Origin: Octopus vulgaris
Taxonomy: Eukaryota
NCBI GenBank assembly: GCA_951406725.2
Contig: OX597816.1
Location: 174,158,001-174,222,000 of the forward strand
DNA length: 64,000 nucleotides
Reading direction: 5' to 3'
This document shows, piece after piece, positions 56,480-64,000 of this stretch. The position numbers and the translations under genes were made by a program. The first letter of the stretch is position 1. Each line of letters begins with the position of its first letter. The notes below the pieces were generated by a model. That model saw only the letters and a program-made list of their open reading frames with translations, ran no database searches and was not told the origin of the DNA.

Positions 56480-56953
56480 TTCAGCTAGACTACAAAGCAG
56501 AGGCAGAATAATCTCACGACTTCTGCTGTAGGATTGCCACCTGAGGCTGACAATCCATAGAGCAAGGGAGACTACTCATAGTTGTCTTCACTGCCAAAAG
56601 ACCCCTTTATTTTTTTTCAAGAAAAAGGGATGTTACACATTCATATCTATGTGTTTGCGTATGCCAAACTACATCCCCACTCTTGGCACTATTTTGTTAG
56701 TGAACAGTACAACTGTGTGTAAAGTATATAATGTATCACTACGCTGAATGTCGTCGTCCGTGTAACATGTAAAGTCAATAAACACGTAACAATAACAATG
56801 GTTTTCATTTGGTTGACTTTCCCATTAGAACCCAAACTACACACAACACCCATGTTTTGGATGAGGAAAATTGCACTACAGATTTAACTGTCCTTATAAA
56901 AATCGAAAATGCTTCAAGTGTGGTAAGACAGGTCATAAAAAATCACACTTTAA

Positions 56954-57174
56954 CCCTTTAGCATTTAAACTGACCATATCCGGCCAAAATTATTCTGCCT
57001 GTTTTATGTTCAAACAGGCCAGATCTGGTCTCTCACACCAACCCTACAATATCGTTTTAAAAATTAACAGCTACCTCATCAAAATATCATAGCTACAAGA
57101 TAATACATGATAGCTCAAAACAATGTGGATAAAAAAAGCATTAATTTTGGTAGAATAATGCGAACACTAAAGGG
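56954..57174. mobile_element. piggyBac-type MITE inside outer gag
   Basis: TTAA TSDs; TIRs CCCTTTAG...CTAAAGGG. Confidence 0.9.
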
Positions 57175-58292
57175 TTAAAACAACCTAGAAAATGGCTCAA
57201 CAGAAAAACACCATGTAAACAGTTTATCGGTGGCAAGAAATACAAATGAAACTCGAAGGAAATTTGTGTATGTAAAAATTAATAATACGAATGTAGAGTT
57301 ACAGGTAGTGACATTACTTTAATTAATGAAAACACATTAAACAATATCAGAAAACCTACACTACAGAAAACCTTGAAGAATACACATGGAGTCTTGGGGG
57401 ATTAAATTAATTTTTAAGGACAACATTATCTGTAACGTTACATTTCACAGTTAGACTATAAAAACAAAAGTTTATGTATTAAAAAATACAAGCAACCTTT
57501 TTGGAACCGATAGGATGGAACTGTTTGACTTATAGGATTTACCCATAAATAATTTTTGTGAAAATGTAATGGGATCATGTGCCATTTCTATTACAGAGTC
57601 AGATAATTTTTTTGAAAAATGAATAGGTTGTTTCCTGATGTTTTTCAGATGAGTTGAGTCTGTGCAATAAATTTAAAGCAAAATTTTAGGTAAAAGAAAA
57701 TTCATTACTAGTTTTCAAACCTAAACGTAATGTACCATTTGCAGCACTAGAACAAGGGAATAAGGAATTAGACAGACTGGAAAAAATGAGAGTTACTGAA
57801 AAGATCAATTATCCAGATTAGGCATCTCCAACAGTGTATGTAAAAAAGAACAATAAAATTCATGTATGTGCAGATTTTTTGATGGGGCTAAATGAATGTT
57901 TAAGACAATACAACGACCCATTACCAAGCCCAGAAGGAATCTTCTGGAAATTAAGCGATGGAAAATTGTTCTTGAAATTAGCCCTTTCTGATGCTTACTT
58001 ACAAATACATGTGGAAGACGAATGTACTAAGCTGTTGACAATACCCATAATGGTCTGTACAAATTTAACTGGCTCCTGTTTGGTATAAAAGTTACTCCGG
58101 CTATATTCCAACAAGTGATGGATGTGATGCTTGCAGATGGCCTACTTGGATGATATATTAATTAAAATGTATCCCGTGATCAGCATGTCAAGCATGTAAG
58201 ATATGTTTTTGAAAGCAAAAGAGATTACAGTTTCAAACTGGGTGAAGAGAAATACAAATTTTTCTTGCCTAAAATTAAGTACTTAGGGCAAA

Positions 58293-58691
58293 TCTTTATA
58301 TATAAAAGTAAGGTTGTGTGCTGTCTGTCTCCTACGATTTAGATTCCTAACTACTCCCACATTTTGTGGTGCGGTTTAACCAAAATCGGGTATCTTATAG
58401 TCGTGATTCATATCGAGCCCTTCTGGGTATTAGCGTGCGTCTACGATGAGTCTACGACTTAAAAAAAAATTTACCATCAATTTTTCCCATTTTTAATGCA
58501 TTTTTGGCATATATAAGGGAAGTAACTCTCTAAAAATTTATTATTAAATCTCAGAACGTAAAAAACTACAGTAACACTCCCTCCCCTTTGTGGTTAGCCA
58601 TATTGAGATGGCTATTATACTTTACATCTCTAAAAATGCTTATATAGTTATTTCCCTTACAAACCCGAGCAATGCCGGGCGATACTGCTAG
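58293..58691 (+). mobile_element. Non-autonomous Helitron, copy 7 (subfamily B), inside outer pol
   Basis: A|TC...CTAG|T; excision restores YLGQIIDKNG with no TSD. Confidence 0.95.
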
Positions 58692-61100
58692 TTATTGATA
58701 AAAATGGTCATCAACCAGATTCATTGAGGGCAGATGTGATTAAGAATATACCCCCACCAACAAATATATCTTACAAACTTTTTTGGGACTTGCAAACTAT
58801 TATCAGATTTATATACCAAATATGCACACGATAAGAGCTCCACTAAATAATTTACTACAAGAAGATGTAAAATGGAATTAGTCTGAAAATTGTCAGATGG
58901 CGTTTAACAAAATTAAGAAGATATTAACATCAAATTTGTCTTTAGCACATTTCAGTCCTACACTGGAAATTGTATTAACTTTAGATGCAGTGAGTACAGT
59001 ATCAGAACAATAATTCTACGTAAATATGAGGATGGTAACATGAAGGCCATGGCCTATGCTTCACATTCTCTGCTATCAGCAGGAAAATTTACAATCAAAC
59101 TGAAAAAGGCTCTAGCAATTATTTTTACCGTAAAAAATTTCATAGATTCTTACATCGAAGAAGTTTTCAATTACAGACTGACCATTGTCCATTATTATCT
59201 ATATATATAGGTAGAAAAAAAGAATCCCTACCCATACTGCTAATAGGTTGCAACACTGCGGTACTATATTACCAAATTACAATTTTAAGATGGAATTAAT
59301 ACCATCTAAGAAATTAGGGCATGCTGATTGTTTATCAAGATTGATACCAAAAAAATACTGATCCATTTGAGGATCCCGTGATTGCAATGTTGTGAGCAGA
59401 AAAAGAAATTAAAAATATTTTAAGTAATGTTGTACAAGAATTACCAGTTATATTAGAAAAAATCAAACTAAAAATGGAAAATGATGAATTTATTAAAAAA
59501 ATGAAAGGAATTCTGAGTGCTGAAAAAAAATATAAAAGTATGCATTTTGCAGAACACAACAGGAATTCAAACCTGTTCTCAATTTGTGTCAATGTGCTAA
59601 TGTATGCAGAAAGAGTGGCAGTGCCAGCCACACTACAGAAACAAATACTAAAAGAATTTTGCATTGGTCACCTGAGGATTTCAAGAATGGAATCATTGAT
59701 GAGAAGCTATGCATATTGGCCAAGAACTAACTGAGAGATTGAAGAACTAGTGAAAGCATGCAGAGGCTGTGCCCTAGTAGCAAAATCACCTACCACAAAA
59801 CGGCAACCATGGCAAAAACAGATATGGTCCAGATTGCATGTTGATTTCACAGGTCCACTTAATGGTTCACATTACCTTGTTGTGGTAGACAGTTTTTCAA
59901 AGTGGCCTGAAGGACATAAGTATTAAAAACTAACATCCTTGGTTACAGTAAGGTTTTTACATGAACTGTTCACTGGATCTGGTATTCCTCAAGCTATTGT
60001 GTCTGACAATGGAACTCAGTTTACTGCAGATGAGTTTTAAAAATTCTGTAAAGTGTTCTCTGTCAATCATGTGACCACTCTGCTGTATCATCCTTGGTCA
60101 AATGGACAGGCGGAGCATTTTGTCGGCACATTTAAGAGGGCTTTAAAGAAAGCGAACAATGAAATAAAGCACTTCTACAGTTTTTGAGGGTTTATTAAGT
60201 GACGTCAAATCTCAACACCCCGTCTGGGATGTCACTAGGAAGATTAGATCAGTGTTCGACGAGTTGTTACCAGATAAAAAAAAGAAAAATATCAGTCAAC
60301 AAATATAATACAAAATTTTTCAAAATTAGTGACAAAGTTTGTTTTAAAATGTATAAAAATGGTAAAGAAATGTAGGAAGATAGAGTGGTTACTAAACAGA
60401 TTGGGAAAGTGTTATTTTTGGTGAAAGGTCACAACTACAAACATAAGAGACATATAAATCAACTAAAAAAGTTTACTGAGGAAATGGTCGCAAGAAACGA
60501 AATTCCAATGGAAGTTTTTTATGATACATTTGATGTACCAACACATAAACAAATTGTGGAGACTACATGTTCAAGTACGAGAAAAAGAAAACAAACAGAA
60601 GTACTTGAAATAGATCCTAAACACAAAAGATATTAAGCTAAATTTTCAAAAAGGTGAAGTGTTATGGGAGAATTCTGAACACCCCCTTGCAACTGAAGAT
60701 GGACTAACCGATTACAATAAATAAGAACTGAGTGAACTGTCAAGGGGTTGGTAGATGAACAGTGAATACTGAGTATCGTACCTTCATTCAAATAGGATGG
60801 AGTGCATTCTGGGTTAACATATATTTCTGTGATAGGTTATTTTTAGATAACCACAACCAACTATTTATTTGTGTAATACCACTTTACACCAGATGTATAT
60901 ACCCACGTCATATCACATACATATATACATACATGTATACACACACATATATATATAAATACATATACATACATATATATATATATATCTTCTTATATAT
61001 ATATATATCTTCTTATATATATATATATATCTTCTTATATATATACATGTATGTATATATATATATACATACACACACACACATATATATATATACATAC

Positions 61101-61137
<37 letters not shown>

Positions 61138-61159
61138 TCACCAAGTTAAATATTTAAAC

Positions 61160-61223
61160 CACCTGATGAATGACTGTAACTCGAAAATTTAAAGAAATTA
61201 ACAGCCATGAAACGATCGTAGTG
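61160..61223 (+). ncRNA. Minimal type I hammerhead ribozyme in a TA-flanked pLTR fragment (~61134-61352)
   Basis: CAC-CTGATGA-ATGACTGT..ACAGCCAT-GAAAC-GATC-GTA-GTG; core intact, palindromic stem III. Confidence 0.82.
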
Positions 61224-62179
61224 TTATATTAATTATATATCTTTTTAATAATTTTGTTATATATTTAAATAATATAAATTAAATAATCTTATGTATTGGC
61301 TTAAGTTTTTCATTGTATGATTTGCCTAATAGTGGTTTTATCTCTAATTTAATATTATATATATATATATCTTCTTATATAAAATGTGTGTATGTGTGTA
61401 TTTTTGCTTTTCATGTAAAAATAGCTGCACAAATTACTTCCATACTTGGGAAGCATGAATAATTTGACCTCAGATACATGATAGGGTCTTCAGTTTATTT
61501 TTTTTTTGTTAATTATAATTAATATTGCTTTATATATGATTCACTTCTGTAAAAAGGTTTCTTAATGTCAACTTCTGGTATTGATGTAGCAACGGCAGAA
61601 TTTTCCATTTTCATTTGCAAAGTCTCTCACTCTCTATTTTAATGTTTTCACTTCAAGTTTTAATTCACCATTTGCAAACAACTACAATAAATTACTGAAA
61701 GAAATATTTACTAAGTTCATAAATTTAAATATTTGGTACAAGAGCTTTTATTTATATGATTTTTTCATTTCCTCTTCTCTCTCTCTCACACACACACACA
61801 CATACAATTCAGTCACACACACTTGTGTTTTTGTAAGTACGTTTGTATACATTTATGTATGTGTTTGTTTGAGAGAGAGAGAGAGAGAAAGAGAGTGAGT
61901 CAGTCAGTCAAGGGGTGTGTTGTCATGTATAAATACATATGCATACATCTTCTTTGTATGTGTGTGTGTGTGTGTGTATGAGAGAGACAGAGACAGAGAG
62001 AGAGTGATGTCTAAGTGGCACTCTCTCTCTCTCTCTCTCACTCACTCACTCACTCACTCACACACACACACACTCATACATACAAAGATGTATGCATATT
62101 TATTTATGTATGTATGAATGCATGACAAGACACCCCTTCTATCTCTCTCTCACATGTCCATTTCATCTGATATTTGATA

Positions 62180-62210
<31 letters not shown>

Positions 62211-62382
62211 AGTGTGTGTGTGTGCATGTGTGGGGCGTTCCACAATTGCCTTTTATTTCAATTACTCTTGTGAAGATATTCATGTGACTCATTTTTTCAT
62301 TTAATCCCATTTAAATTTTTGTAAAAGATGAGTTGGGGTAGATGTAGATGATCAGTATTCTACAGTGAAGCAAAGATGAGTA

Positions 62383-63425
62383 TTGGTAGCCAGAGTCAAT
62401 GTTGGACTCTGCAACTCTGTTGACTCTCTCAAGTATGTTTGCAAATATATAAACAAAGGTTTAGATGCTGCAACATACACTCTAATGCAGAATGGCAGTC
62501 AGCAGATAAATAAAAAGGACAAAGACGTACAGTATGACAGAGGAAGCCACATCAATGCCAATGAGGCTTTTCAATTTTCCCATTCATGAGAGGTACCCAG
62601 TCATCATTCATCTCAGTGTCCATCTAGAGAATGGCCACGAGGTCATCTTTACAAAACAAACAGCCTTGCAACAAGCACTTTCTTCAAAAGAAACTGGCCT
62701 TATTACCTTTTTTAAGTTGTGTCAAGTAGATGAAGATGCAAGAAAACTCCTTTACTCACAATTACCCAAGTATTACACCTGGAAAAACAATAAATGATAC
62801 AAGACAAAATTTGGGGCTAATGCCCTTGCAAGAGTTTACAGTGTTCCCCACAAGCCAAGCAGAATGCTACTACTTACGCCTCCTTTTGCATGAAGTATGT
62901 GGTCCCAAATCATTCCAAGATTTGAGGAGGGTAGATGGTCATGTGTGTGAGGGAAGTATGCTATCAACAAAGTTTTTTTTCAGAAAATGATAAACATTGG
63001 GACCTTGCATTGACTGAAGCATCAGTATCAGATTCTCCAAGGAAATTCCGTAACCTTTTTGCAATTATACTGAACATGTGTCAACTTGGCAGTCCCCTAC
63101 AGCTTTAGATGAAACATCATGAGGACATGGCTGAGAACTTAAAGTATGCAGTTCAACAGGCAAACCCAGATATCAGTATTCAGTTCTCTGAAACAATGTT
63201 TAACCAAGCACTGACTGAAATTGAGGATTGAGTTCTGGCCATGGGAGGCAAAAATTTGCAAGAGTCCTGCTCTGGATTGCTGAAAACAAGCCATCAAATT
63301 AGTGATTTAACTTCAGGAGACATATCAAGAGAGACAAATTATAACATCACAGACTTGGCTACATTTGTGAATGAACATGAACCTAAACTTCTTCCAGAAC
63401 AATGCTGTGCATATGATAAAATTTT
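62383..63425 (+). pseudogene. Decayed Helitron Rep/helicase fragment (element may start at TC ~61370)
   Basis: SLKYVCKYINKGLD, FPIHERYP..HLSVHLENG, LLYSQLPKYYTW, ECYYLRLLLHEV.GPKSFQDLR, SPRKFRNLFAIIL. Confidence 0.9.
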
Positions 63426-63449
63426 TTGCTTTGTATTATTATTATTGTT

Positions 63450-63697
63450 GCCCCCGTGCCGGTGGCACGTAAAAGCACCATCCGTTCGTGGACGTTTGCC
63501 AGCTCTGTCTGGCACCTGTGCGGGTGGCATGTAGAAAGCACCCACTACACTCACGGAGTGGTTGGCGTTAGGAAGGGCATCCAGCCGTAGAAACACTGCC
63601 AGATCAGACTGGAGCCTGATGCGGCCTTCCGGCTTCACAGACCCCAGTTGAACCGTCCAACCCATGCTAGCATGGAAAGCGGATGCTAAATGATGAT
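63450..63697 (+). mobile_element. RTE 3' tail fragment
   Basis: Ends CCATGCTAGCATGG..ATGATGAT. Confidence 0.85.
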
Positions 63698-63835
63698 ATG
63701 AATCCAGAATTGATTTCCTAATTGAAGAATAAATTGAATTTAGAATAACAAATTTCTATACAACATATTTTACTTTTTTCTCCCAATATATAAGGAACAA
63801 TTTCATTCCCAAGCAACACCAGATGCTTCTGCTAG

Positions 63836-63855
63836 TACACACACACACACACACC

Positions 63856-63919
<64 letters not shown>

Positions 63920-64000
63920 TCATCATCATCATCGTCGTCATCATCATCGTCGTCGTCATCATCATCATCATCATCATCATCGTCGTCGTCGTCATCATCA
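63836..64000. repeat. Compound (CA)/(CAC)/(CAT)/(CGT) microsatellite
   Basis: Direct inspection. Confidence 0.95.

Larger units (their letters stand above)
53753..56848 (+). mobile_element. Young internally deleted Ty3/Gypsy element (inner), 3096 bp
   Basis: 218-bp LTRs 53753-53970 and 56631-56848 (~4 differences); TSD CCCAT; PBS; PPT AAGAAAAAGGGA at 56619-56630. Confidence 0.97.
53052..60915 (+). mobile_element. Old Ty3/Gypsy LTR retrotransposon (outer)
   Basis: LTRs 53052-53376 and 60660-60915 (TG...CA); TSD CATAC; TGGC PBS-like site. Decayed CCHC knuckle, RT (ASPTVYV, VCADF, YLDDIL), RNase H and integrase (LHVDF, VSDNGTQF, SNGQAE) in Gypsy order. Confidence 0.95.

Overview
AT-rich animal genomic DNA, very probably octopus (inferred from the tRNA/CORE-type SINE family, RTE, CR1 and Penelope content and huge (TA)n tracts). 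It is not prokaryotic and has no CRISPR, rRNA or real tRNA genes. Most of the window is a layered transposon graveyard. It holds RTE and CR1 LINE fragments, Penelope-like elements (PLEs, Naiad-like) with hammerhead-ribozyme pLTR pieces in (TA)n tracts, SINEs, seven copies of one non-autonomous Helitron, a decayed autonomous Helitron, two hAT transposase pseudogenes, piggyBac MITEs, an ~830-bp fold-back element, and a Gypsy element nested inside another Gypsy. The only likely host-gene piece is a 73-nt minus-strand first coding exon at 24781-24853 encoding a signal peptide. It is absent from the ORF track and would make about 1-24.7 kb a first intron. Most interesting: (1) a young, intact-ended LTR element with Gag-protease fused in frame to the integrase core and no RT/RNase H; (2) a non-coding RTE-tail element built from head-to-tail ~341-nt units and inserted with a TSD; (3) a set of hammerhead ribozymes, including an inverted pair; (4) a PHD-type finger inside the RTE reverse transcriptase; (5) a twin-priming-like 5' inversion in a PLE. 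All calls were made by eye. Boundaries without a stated TSD are approximate.
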